DNA of 64,000 nt from the NCBI GenBank assembly GCA_030704615.1, contig CM060734.1:2728001-2792000 (forward strand), read 5' to 3'. This stretch comes from Takakia lepidozioides (taxonomy: Eukaryota > Plantae > Bryophyta). The position numbers and the translations under genes were made by a program. Below are positions 37,651 through 50,700 of the stretch, one piece after another. The notes beneath the pieces are model-generated. The model saw only the letters and a program-made list of their open reading frames with translations, did no database searches and was not told where the DNA came from. Position 1 is the first letter of the stretch. Each line of letters begins with the position of its first letter.

Positions 37651-38707
37651 TTCTGGTTGAACAACAAACAAAAAGGAGAGGAGGAGAGTGCGGTAATTGT
37701 GTGGAGCAGCAGCACTTGCTGCTCTCAGCCCCCCACATGCATTGTTTTTTTTTTTGGGCTTTACTGGCTATCTCTCTCCCCTCTCTCCCTCTGTCTCCCT
37801 CTCTACTGGGAATTGGCAGTTTGCTATCAGTGTTGACTTCTTGTTTTCTCATCCTCTATCAGGCTTTTTCATCCATATCGGATAAGCCACCAGGATGGAC
37901 ACTGAATTACCTCTAGGATGGTTCTTTTGGCTTTTTCATTCCTCCTTTATTCATCCATATCGGATGAGTCACCATGGAAGAAAAAAATTACCTCTATGGA
38001 GGTTGCCAACAGCATCCTGTTTTTCCATCCGTACCGGTTGAAAAACTACCAGGATGATAATTTTTCATTCCTCTTTTATTGACTTTTTTTATCCATACCG
38101 GATGGTCTGGTGAGGAATGATAAAATTACCTAGATGGAGGTAAGACAGATGATATTCCCTACTTTTTCATCCTGACACAAGTGATCTGTCTATGGATGAT
38201 GTGATTATGGCCTGGAATGATCTTTACTACCCCTAATTATGATTAATTACGGTGGAAACCCTAACCCCTACCCCAAAACCTATTTTTAACCTTGCTGTGG
38301 ATGAAATCCGTCAGGGTATACGGATGCGTCCTACTGTTTTTCATCCACAGATGAATAATCGGGGGACAAAAAACCCTATGTCGTCTCTCCCGCTGTCAGA
38401 AGCATGCGATGTGCTTCTGAGCTCGCGAGGAGAGTGTTATGGCGGACGAGCTTCGGTGGCTGCCCCGTTTGTGGTGTCGTACCCATGCTGGACGAGCGCC
38501 TGGGGGGGCGCGAAGGCAGCGCCTTGTCTCTCCTGCAGCGGGAAACACCGCTATGAATGCAGTGGCATCTTCCCTCCTCTGGCTTTTTTTGTGCTTAGCA
38601 AGGGTGCTTATGATATGAAGTTCTTTCCCTCCTTTCTAGTGCCTTGCGATTGTGCCTGCTTTGCTTCATTGCTTATGTGCTTTGTGGAGGCGGCTTGCTG
38701 CAGGTGG

Positions 38708-38925
38708 TGATGGCGCATAACCCTCTTCCCCAATCGCTTAAGGTGCCTTTGGAGTTTAGGGATTCTCATGTTCTTATCTCTTTTTCTTGCTTTTGAGTTT
38801 CTTAGTTGATATCGATGACAAGTGTGAGGGTCTGTGATTCACCTGGGGTTCCACAATCCTCACTTACCTGTTGGTTTTTGTGGGGGCTTGTGATGGGACC
38901 AAGTGAGGATCCTCACTTACTTTGA
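38708..38925 (+). ncRNA. Candidate structured RNA with H/ACA-like layout; paralogs at 26374, 27512, 28667, 31175 (3' half), 41002, 43229, 48468 and 45895-46115 (minus strand)
   Basis: Stems covary between copies; an ANANNA-like hinge and an ACA/ATA tail are present in some copies only. Confidence 0.4.
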
Positions 38926-41900
38926 AGTTTCTTGAGCATGCAGATTGGGATATGGGCTGAGGAGACTAGGGGTTTGTGCGCTGTGGGGTGGCTGCTGCCT
39001 GTAGCCCCGATTTCAACCCGACTGCCCCTGGCTTGACATGCTACAACCTGCGTTCTGGCCTTTGTTGTTCTGCCGCCGATGCGCAGCTCAGCTTGACTGG
39101 CCTGTTTCCTGAGGCTTGCATACAAACCATACCCTACCTTTTGATCTTGGACAACAAAGCCTGTGGATTATTAAGCTAGCTTGTAAGTTCTTTTGGCCAA
39201 AGAGGATCTGGTTTTTGGTGGTATGTTTTTGGAGGTTTTGGGTATCTATGGACCTGGTGGCCTTGAAGTTTAAGGCGGCAGCCTGGTAGGGTACTGCCCT
39301 GCTCTTTTTCAGGCCTACTTCTGATGTGTACTAGATCGTAGTAAGGTGTCCTTTACATGTCTTAGCATGGAACTTTTGAAGGATGAGGATGGTAAGCTGC
39401 AATGGGATCCTACCTATAGTTTTGGATCTGTCATGACATCAGGCCTATGACCTGCAATCTGGTTTTTTATATACAAAAGAGGCTGGATCTTGGCTGTTCA
39501 TGCTGCTTGTTGGTACAAGTCTTGAACCTGCAATTTGACAGGCTGCATTCACATTCCCTTGATACCTTGTATGATCACATGTCTCGGGGTGAATACAGAT
39601 GATATGGAATCTATTTCATCTTGCTCAAGTTGGACTGCTTGGTGGCATACTGAGATTCTGACAAACTGCAGGCTGGTCCTTATGCCTTGGCTGATGCATG
39701 ACCTACCATAATTAATGGCTGAAATGGTAAGCTGCTGGTATATGTACAAGCTGAACCAAGAGGCCTTGCAGCCTGCACATGGACAACAATATCTTATCTT
39801 GTCCCACACATGAACAAATGATTCATTGGCCAAGATGGCCGGATCTCGGGTGTTCAAGATGCTTGCATCCCCTACATGAACAAACCCCGCCCTCCCACCT
39901 TGTTTTATCATGACTGATTGGGTGATGTCAATTCATGGGAAGCTATGACAAGAATGGAAATGTTAGATGGTGCCCTGTTTTGGGTTGTTTATGTCTTTAA
40001 TTGACAATAACCCTAGTGGGTCTTGTCCATGTCTTGACATGACATGAATATCTTCCCTCTCTTGTTTTTAAAAAAAAATTTTTAAGCAGCACAAAAGAGA
40101 GGGAGAGAGAGAGGGAGAGATCAGGAAACCAAAAAAAAAAAACAAATGTGGGGGGGGGGGGGGTGACTGAGCGGCTGCTGCTGCTGCTGAGTCACTCCCC
40201 CCCCCCCCCCCCACATTTTTTTTTTTCTTTTCTTTGTTGCCCCCCCTCTCCCTCTCTCTCCCTCTCTCTCCCTCTCTCCCTCTCCCTCTATAAATCTTTG
40301 GATTTCATCTGGCCTTAACCTTTTGAGGTTATTTAGTTTTTCATCCATGCCTTTTTCATCCAAATCTGGATGATTTTATTTTATTGGATGATGAAACTTA
40401 ATATACAGAAAGCTAGAGTTACCATCTATTTTTTTCATCTAAATTGGATGATCTACATAAATAATGGTTACCTATTATAAAATCCAAGAGAATAATAAAA
40501 CTACCATCATAAATGATGGCAGTTATTAAACCTAAACCTATACCATAACCCTAAAAGATACATTTCTATGGGATGTCATCCAGTGACAAAATGCCTAACT
40601 TGGTAAAATGTGATATTTCATCCATCCTGGATGAAAAATCGGGAAGTTTTGCCCTAAGCAGGCCGACACATTTCAAGCACTGAACTCGTGCTTCAATGAA
40701 CCTTGATGATGCGCCGTATAAACCTGCTCCCCTACTGCTACATGGTACTCGTGATTGCTGGCTCTTGGGATGCGCAGTGGTGGTTAAATAGATTCTTCTA
40801 TGGCAGACGACAAAGCCGTGATTGCTCTGATCAGGAACTCATGGTTCTTTATTTTGTAGCGGCGCTTTTACTCCTTGTTGGGAAGTACTCTATCCCTATT
40901 TATCTACAGATTACTTGTTGCTCTCTCTTCGTGTATGAGCCACTCTCTAGCTGTGAACGCTTCTACTCTGATTGCGTTCTGTTGGAGACAATCTGTTGAC
41001 GCCATGGCGCAGGGCATACCACAAACACTCAAGGTTTTTTGAGTTTACCATTGCTTGAATTGTGATCTGTACTTGCTTTAGAATTCAACACTGACATGGA
41101 TAGCAACTGTGAAGACCTGCCACTTACCTGCTGCATCCTCACTAACACACATCGCTATGTGGTGGTTTTTGGGACGGGCACAGGTGAGGGTCTTCACTTG
41201 TCTTGATTTCTTGAAGCTTGCAGTTCCTGTTCTTGCAAGTGTGGATAATGCTGCTGCCTAAGCTGCTGATGCCATCTGCTGTTTCAAACTGCCACCATGC
41301 CGCTTCAGACCTGCTCCAAGATTGCTCCAATGAGGATCTGCTTCTCTCCTTACCCCTGTTTACGGTTTTTTACAACCACATTTGCATGTGTAGGAGTTTA
41401 GCTATGAAGGATACAAGGATACAAAATAGCAGTTATTACTTTGACTGCCTTGATACTTGGCTCTGAAATGAGAACTCTTGGTATGACTCTGATGGATCAA
41501 AAGGATAGGCTTTGATAGATAACACACATTCTTCAAGGCCCTCATATCATTTTGGTTTCATGGCTTGATAACAAACTGGGGTTTCTGAGCTGCTCTTTCA
41601 CCTTGGCAGAACTACTTTATGTGGCCTTAAAATACCATTCTAGGCCTATACCTGCTTAAGGGGGCTCTACACTGTTGTTTCTTCTTCCTTTTTAAGAATC
41701 TTGCTTATATCTTGGTTCTAAAACATCATCTTCAAACCAAACCTGCAATCTGGTTTTTGAAATGAGTTTAAAATGGATTCTTGAGATGATGATGTGTACT
41801 ATGGTGCTTTCATGATATGAATGACCTGGAATCCCACCTCCCGCCCTGTTTTTTCAGAGACCCTGAAATGTAATTGGGTATTCAAATGAGATTGTAAACA

Positions 41901-44029
41901 TGAAAGAGAATGATAGATGGTGCCCTGTAAAGGGCTGTTTTGTCTTTCAATGACAATGACCTTAGTGGTCTTGTCCATGTCTTGACATGACATGTATATC
42001 TTCCCTCTCGCTCTCTCTTTTTAACTTTTTTGTCCCCTCCCCCCCTCTCTGGTTTGTTTTGTTTTGTGAGCAGCACAAAAAAGAGGGAAAGAGAGGGAGA
42101 GAGAGGAAGTGGGAGAGAGAGGGAGAGATCAGGAAACCAAAAAAATAAAAAATGGTGGGGGGGTGGGGGGGGTGACTAAGCAGCTGCTGCCGCTGCTCAG
42201 TCAGTCCCCCCCCCACATTGTTTTTTTTTCTTTGTTGCCCCCTCTCTCCCTCTGTCTCCCGCGCGCCCTCCTTGGAATTGGCCGATTTTATCAGTGTTAA
42301 TTTCCTGTTTTTCCATCTACACCGGATGGATTATGATAGGGTGGACACTACCAGGATGGACACTAAATTACCTCTAAGCTGAGTCTATGATTTTTTCATT
42401 CTTCTTTTATTGACTTTCACCCATACCGGACGAGTCACTAGAGAATGAGGAATTACCTCTGTAGGGGTTGACACTGGCATCCTATATATAAATTTTTCCA
42501 TCCATACCGGATGAAAAATACCAGGATATTAATTCGTTTATTCCTCTTTTATGGCTTTTTTCCGTACTGGATGAGACATTTGTTTGGGGATGTTGAATTA
42601 CCTGTTAGGATGTGAAACCGTTGCCTTGGATGTTATGTACTGTTTTTCCATCCTATTGACGAACCTTCTCCAACTGGATGAACTTATTGACTTTTTCATC
42701 TAAACCGGATGAAATATGCAGCCTATGATGGCCCTGGACTGTTGATTAATTACCCTTAATTATGGCTAATTAAGGAGTGAAACCCTAACCCCTACCCTAT
42801 AACCTAATTTTTAAACCTAGCTAACGGATGACATCCGTCGGGTTTCGAAAAAAATGGTGTCGATTACTCATCCTGCACGGATGAAAAATCGGGCATGGCC
42901 CTAGGGTGTCTCTCCCACCGTCAGCAGCACTCCTCGTGCTTCTGAGCTCACGGGATAAGAGTTATGGCGTCTGCGTTTTGCTGCTACCCTGTCTGCTGCT
43001 TCGTGCCTATGCTGGACGAGCTCCTGGGGATGCACAATGGCGGCGTTTTGTCTCTTCTCACTGGCGGGAGACAATGCTGTGAATGCATCGTCTCTTTCCC
43101 TCCTCTGGCTTTTAATTCTTGCAGCGGCGCTTGTGTGGGGAAGTATCTCTCTCTCCCTTCTTAAACCTAGCAAGTGTGCTTGTATGCTTCACTTCTCCTT
43201 TGCTTTGCTGGAGGTGGCTTGCTGGTGGTGATGGCGCACAGTTCTTTTCCCCAATCGCTCAAGGTGCTTTTGGTGATTAGGGTTCCTTTTGCTTTATGTC
43301 TTTCTCTCTTGCTTTTGAGGTTCTTAGTTGACGTCGATGACAAGTGTAGGGGTCTGTGATTCACCTGGGGTTCCACAATCCTCACTAACCTGTTGGTTTT
43401 TGTGGGGGCTTGTGATGGGACCAAGTGAGGATCCCTACTTGCTTTGAATGCTCTTGAGCTTGCAGATAAGGATGTGGGCAAAGGGAACCTAGTGTGTATG
43501 GCGTCTTTACTTGGCTGCTGCCTGCAGCCCCGATTTCGGCCCGCTTGCTCCTGGTTTGGCATGCTGATGCTTACTTTTGACTTATGTTCTGTTGTCTTTG
43601 ATGGAGCACTTTGGCGTGACATGCTTGTCTCTTGAAGCCCAGCATCTGGACCTTACCTTGTCTTGAATCTTTGACAGCATTGCCTGTGGATTATTAAGCT
43701 AGGTAATGTTTTGGCCTTAAAGAGGAGTTATGGTTTATAGGTAAGGCATCAATGATTGTTAGGTTCTAAGGAAGAGGAGGCCCTGTTTTTAAAGATGGCA
43801 GCCTGATAAGGCAATGACAGGCCTCTCTCAAGCCTGAATTTGGTGTGGAATGGAGCATAGTGAGGTTTTATTTGCAAAACCTGGCATACACCTCCTAGAA
43901 AACAGTGTTGGTAAGCTCTACTGGACCTTTACCAGAGATTATTTGCCTTATTTTGCCATCAGACCAGGCACCTGCAATGTATGATTTATTTTTTGGCCAA
44001 GTGAGCTTGGTCTCGGGCACTCTTTGTGT

Positions 44030-44495
44030 GTCCATATCTTGAATTTGTAATATGGCAGGCCTTTCTTCCATGCCAAAATGCCTTACATGATGCATATCTT
44101 GGGGCAATTACACATGGTGTAGAATGAAGTTGCATTCTGTCTTGTCATGCCCAAGAGGGTCACTTGGTTGCATGTTTGGAATCTAATAAACTGCAGGCTG
44201 GTCCATCAAGATGCTTGTGTATACATATCTTGAATCTGTAGTATGGTAGGCTGTTCTTACCCACCCAAGGGGCCTTGCATGATGCATGTCTTGGGGTATT
44301 TACAAATGGCAAAGAGTGAAGCTGCAATATGTTTTGTCATGCCCAAAAAGTTTACTTGGTTGCATGCTTGAAATCTGATTAATTGCAGGCTGGTCCTTCA
44401 AGGTACTTATATGAACATATCCTGAATCTGTAGTAGGACAAGCTGTTCTTACCTACCCAAGGAGCCTTGCATGATGCATGTCTTGGGTTACTTAC
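44030..44495. repeat. ~191-bp tandem repeat (about 2.4 copies)
   Basis: gcctt(a/g)catgatgcat at ~44080, ~44271 and ~44463. Confidence 0.85.
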
Positions 44496-44797
44496 AGGAA
44501 TTTGAACAAGAATAAACCCCGCCCTCCCACCCTGTTTTATCATGAATGATTGGGTGAAATCAATTGGGAAGTCATGACTAGAATGGAAGTGTTAGATGGT
44601 GTCCTGTTTATGGGCTGTTTATGTCTTTAATTGACAATGACCCTAGTAGGGTCTTGTCCATGTCTTGACATGACATGAATATCTTCCCACTCTCTCCCTC
44701 TCTTTTGTCTCTCTCCCTCTCCCTCTCTCTTTTTAACTTTTCTACCCCCTCTCTCCCTTTCTTGTTTTTTTTCTTAAAAAGCAGCACAAAAGAGAGG

Positions 44798-47700
44798 GAG
44801 AGAGAGGGAAGATACTTTTGTCATGTCAAGACAAGGACAAGACCCCTAGGGTCGTTGTCAAGAAGAATAAGAATAATGAGACATATCAGCCACTTTTCAG
44901 TGGCACTATCCATCAATCATCAAGTTGAAAAATCCAGAATTACCTCCATGCACAATAATGTGTTCATGTCATAATCTTCATAACCCAAAGAGTAAGTAAA
45001 AATACTGATTGACCACCAGTCATAATCAGGATATACATTCAGAGGTCCGGGTGGGATGGTGGGCACTTGGCCATATTTGGCCTTAATGTGTTGCAGGTCA
45101 AATGATCACACACATTTATAAGCTGAGTTGATTGATGTCCACAAGCTAGAATCCAAGTGTACTTGCTCAAACCCCATGAGTGTCATGTAGGTTAAAAATC
45201 AGGACTTGGGTACCTCAGATTTAAATAACCTTGCCTGCCAGTATTTGCTTAAACTAGCCTGCAGCACAGCTTGAAAAAAGGCCAAGTGTTGGTGCCTTAT
45301 CATTTCAAATCAACTACAGACTACAGGCTGCATTACAAGGCCATTGTACGGCAAATTGCTATGCTAGTAGCCTATACAAGTGAGGGAACAGCCCTGGTTA
45401 ATTTTCCAGATCACCCCTATATTATCATTCCATGCTGCAGCTGAGAATCAGAGTTCATGACACAGCAAAGCAAGCATATGACACTGCACAAACAGTCCAT
45501 GACAATACAAGATATTGCCTACATACCACATTTACACCACACCACATCTAACCATGTCATTACACCATGCCCAGGGAGTATTTCCACTTAAAACTCCTTG
45601 GCTGCTTCAAAGGCCAGTCACCAAAGGCAAGCAAAGCAAACTAGGGCCCGAAAAACAGACGTGTGTCTCACACAAGCCATCATAAACTCGGCTGTCACAA
45701 CAAAGCAAAGGCCTTCCATTGGCTGGGCCGAAATAGCCCACCCTAAACAACACTAAACTTGTCCTTCATAGATAAAAGAAAGAGGTAGGATCAAGAAAAA
45801 CCATAGAGTAGTTTAGTTTTTCAACATTTTAAGATGAATCCATGGCCAGCAACCCCTGCAACCCACTTGGCATCCAACAGCACCTAGACATCAGCATATT
45901 AAGTGGAAGCCCTCACCTGTGCCCGTCCGAAAAACAACCACAAAGCATTGTGAGTTAGTGAGGATGCACGAGGTGAATGGCAAGCTTCCACACTTGCTAT
46001 CGAGGTCAAATACACTTGAATCTATGTATAGAGAATGCCAAAGAAAGCAGGGAAGCAAGACAAACAGAAAAAGAGAACTTTTTTTTTACTGTTTGGGGGA
46101 TGGTTGCCATCTCTCCACAAACCCAACCGTGCAGGGAGGTCTCCGCCAGCACCACAACATTGGCAGCTCACGGTATCTGCAGCACGAGCACCATCGCCAC
46201 CTCCAAGCCGCCATCACGTGCACTCTCGCAACGCAAAAAGAAAGGGCTTTACCTTGTCCAGCTCGTCATTCATCCCTTTTTAGGATGAAAAACATCCACC
46301 AGACTATATACCCGACGAACGTTGTCCGTTTCCCATTTAGGGAAGATGAAAAACATCGAGTGTTCATCCTCTGCCTTGAACCCGACGGATGTGGTCCGTT
46401 TTTCATCTAGGTTAGATGAAAAACATCGGGGTTTTTTTAATTCATTTATACCTGTCTTGAACCCGACGGACGTACACCGTTTCCCATCCAGTGTGGATGA
46501 AAAAAACATAGGTACTTCATAATCATCCATAGGAATTTAAGTCCCGTCAGATAAAGTCCTTTTTCATCCAGGTTGGATGAAAATGACGGGTATTTTACAA
46601 TCAGTATATTCCGGATTGATATCCGAGTAGGTTAGGATGAAAAAAACTCATAGGTATTAATGAAAAAATGTCTCACCAGGAGAGAAGGATGTATTTTGGA
46701 TGAAAATCATCCGGATTCCCTGCAACCCAATTTTTAATTTTTCAAAGATGGAAGTTGGGACAACAATTCCATAAACCCAGTTTCCAGAAGGAGAGAGAGG
46801 GAGAGAGAGGGAATCCCACCAACCAACCCCTGGTATGGCAGGCCCTTACGGAGTGAGTGTGGTATGCACTCACCCCGTAAGGGAGTGCATACCAGACTCC
46901 TTCTCCAAAAGGATATCCTCTCCCTGCTCATTAGCAAATCCTTCGGAAGGTGTACCATAGAGGATTATCAAGCTATCTCTTATTCAAGCTGGGTAATCAG
47001 AACAAGCATATGAAATCGAGCATATTGTTGGGGTATGTACTAAGCATAGACCCCAAAAAGAACTAGTTATAGAAGAAATCACAGGTGTAAGAAACCATGG
47101 TATTTACTTACTCTGGCTTTTTGTGAACTCCACCATCACAAGCATATCTGCTTTCAAAGAAAAAGACACACCATATTTAGGCTGTCAAAAATCACACCCG
47201 TCTTGGTGGCCGGGGGTGTGCTCAACTGAGCATCCGGCCCAGCAACAACCTCCCGAATAGGAGACGTGGCTGCCTAGCAAATCCAATACGGGGACAAGAG
47301 GGGGGGGGGGGGGGGGGGGGGCTGGCCTCCGGGGGCAGAGGAGCCCTCCGGCTGCGGCTGTCGACGGGGCTGGTTAACCGTGAGACGCTAGCCCACGTCA
47401 CACGTGCCGGAAGAGCAAACGGGTTCTCCGCCCCTTACTTTGGGGCAGGGGACTTCTTCTCTTTCCCCATAAGCCTGGCACCTGTCATGCAAACCCAAAA
47501 GTTGGCCTCACCAGGAAACCATCTCTACATTCCAGATCCAAAAAAAAAAACAAAGCATGTGGGGGGCTGAGAGCAGCAAGTGCTATTGCTCGCAGCTCCG
47601 CCCCACCAGAGAGGGTGCAAGAAAAATAAAAAAAGAAGGTTGGGGGGGGAGTCACTGAGCAGCAGCTGCTCAGTCACTCCCCCCCCCACCTTTCCTGATC

Positions 47701-50700
47701 TCTCCCTCTCTCTCCCTCTCTCTCTCCCTCTGTACATGGATCCTATTGGTAACCTATTCCATAACCAAGAGGGTTTGGTACTAAGGTAATTTTTGATTAA
47801 ACCCTAATTAACTTTCTGCTATCTTCATCCATACCGGATGTAGTTAATAATGGATGAATTCCATTAAATGTTGATTCTGGTTATCATTTTTTACCTGGTT
47901 CCTTTTGATTATTAAGGTCATTTATATCTAACCCTAATGAATGCCAGTTTCTGGTCATCGATTTTTGGATGTCATCCCTGCTGGATGACATGGCTATGAC
48001 AACAGGGGAATATTCACCTTTCATTCCTTGTTTTTCATCCGACATGGATGAAATCGCGATGGTTTTCCATATCTCCTCTCTTGCCATAAAACTTGCACGA
48101 TACTCGTGCGTTTTTTCTTGCGGGAGATGAAGTGATGGTGTCAGAGGGATCTCTTAGCATGAATTTTATGATTTTGATGGCTATGGAGATGCTTCAATGT
48201 TGCTTACAAGTACTCTGGCAAGATTCTAGTCCTTTCTCATCTCCCTTGGGATGCGTAACGGCGGCAGTGCTTCAATTCCCTCAGTATGGTGGCCTATTCC
48301 CTTGGTGGGCAATCTACCTTAGGCTGGGATTGCTTGTCGATCCTCTCTGGATCATTAAGTTTCAGCACCGCTCATAAAAACTTAGGGGGTTTCTTCACCT
48401 GTTAAAATGCGCATAGATTTCAGCAAACCATTGCTTGTTTGTGCTGTTGATTGTCAAGTGCTTGGAGCGACGTCGAGTCCTCTTCCGCAATTGATTAAGG
48501 TTGTGGATAACCCTGCTTGTGTTTAGAATCGATTCTTGCTTTAGAACTCATGTTGTACAGCGTGAGACCCGATTCACCTGGGGTTCCACAATTCTCACTA
48601 ACCTGTTGGTTCTTGTGGGGGCTTGTGATGGGACCAGATGAGGGTCCTCACTTAATGTGATTTTTGAAGCTTGAATCTGATGACAAACCTGCAAGTGAAG
48701 TGACAACGACATCAGCTGATTATCCAGGGAGCTGTCTCATTTTTGCCTCCCTACCTTGACCAATCTGGATATGTTTACAACCTTTATCTCTATGTTGAAG
48801 CAACAAGTTCATTAGTGAGCCTTTTTAGAACACATGGATTCTATTAATGACTCTGGGTTATGATTTCCGCTGCATTGTAATATGGTACTGGAAGTAGGGT
48901 TTCCAGACCAAATATATGCTCTTTTTTCATTTTTAGAGCACGATTTGCTGCTCTGATGTGTATGCTTTCAAGCAACACGGTAGGGGAGAGGTCAGAGCTT
49001 GCATCTGGTTTGTTCTAAGCCCTGTATGCCTTTATGTGCTCAATCTATGGAACCTCTGTGGCTTTCTGAACCCCCTTTGTTTTTTTACCTTGCATACAAT
49101 CTGCTAAGGTAAGTAACCTGCTACCTCTTCATGTTACTCTGTAATTACAGATTGTATACAGTTTTGTTTATGGCTTTTGGGTTACAATAAAAGAACACAT
49201 GACTCACTGTTTCTGCTCTGACATTGAATGATGCCTAGAAGCACAAGAAAAATGGGCTGGTGGGGACCCAGAATTACTCTTCTAAAAGCAAGCTTTGGTT
49301 TTTTGGTTTTTTTTTTTGAGAAAAACATGTACAGGCTTTATAGACTCTTGGTTCCAGAGGGCTGGGTTGGATTGAAGATACCAACTGCTCTGATATCTGG
49401 CAACACGGTCCCTTTTTCAGATGTTATGACTTCAAAACTTGTGTAACATTGGGGTTTGAACATGTATTGGCACTATAGCCTTTCTGAACTTCATTAAAAT
49501 GTCTTGTTTACCTTGCAAACACCTTGATAAGGTGGTAACATATGACCCCAGACTTAAACTAGGTCCTGGTGTTTGAAGAAAAGCCTCTTCTGTTGCTTGA
49601 TGACCAAAGAATGATTAACATCATACTTACCAGCATGGCTCTGGATTCTATGATTACAAAAAAGACAGTTGTTTGTTTGATTTTTCTGGCTATGGCTGGT
49701 TTTGATATGACATGGCTTTGCATTTGTTTTGTTCTAAGGCCCTGTATGCCTTTATGTACTCCTACTATGGAACATCTGTGGCATTCTGAACCCCATCTGT
49801 TTTTTTACCTTGCATACAATCTGCTAAGGTAAGTAACCTGATGTCATCAGGCCGAAACTAGGCTCTGGATATGATTCCTGTTATTCTGTAATTACAGATT
49901 ATATACAGCTTATTTATGGCTTGTGGGTTACAAAAAAAAAGAATACATGACTCACTATTTCTGCTCTGGCATGATTGATGCCAAGACACACAAGAAACAA
50001 GAGCTGGTGGGGACCCAGAATCGAGCTCTTCTAAAAACCCTCCAAGCTTAAGTTGGGTTAGATTAAATGATTTCAGCTGCTCTGGCTTGATAAATATCAG
50101 GCTACATAGTATAATTTTTCCAGATGTTATCGATTCAAAACCTGTGTAACACCAGGGTTTGAACAAGTGTGGGAACTATGGCCTTTCTGAACTTCATTAA
50201 AAGTCTTTTTTGCCTTGCAAACACCTTGTCAAGGTTGTAACATAATGACCCCAGACCTAAACCAGGTCTGGTTGTTTTAAAGAGAAGCCTCTGTTGTTGC
50301 TTGGTAATCAAAGACTGATTAACATCATACTTACAACATGGCTCTGGATTTTATGTTACAAAAAAGACAGCTGTTTGTTTTTGCTAGCTATGGCATATTC
50401 TGATACAGAACACTGCAGTAGAAAGCAGTTTTGGGAAATCAAGCTTACTAAACAATGCAATGAGCTTTGACTCTATGTCATGATTACAAGAAGTTCTAAA
50501 AATATAGCAGATAAGTTCTGGGCTGTTGTTATTAAGAACTGGTTATCTTATCAAGTAACCACATGATTTAATATCCTGGTTGTGTGATTAATGGAAAACT
50601 GCTGGAACTTTGGGTTCCAGATGAGCAGTACCATTGCATGATATAGGTAAACATCTAATTGTTTGCTTAGATGCCACCCATAGCTTATAATTCTAAAACA

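Noticed and set aside
38257-38275. Interstitial telomere
   Set aside because: Only one or two degenerate units; better treated as a telo-box-like motif.
38708-38925. Identification of the structured RNA as U17/snR30, a C/D snoRNA or a known miRNA
   Set aside because: No m1/m2 motifs, no conserved RTGATGA/CTGA pair, and no mature miRNA that I recognise.
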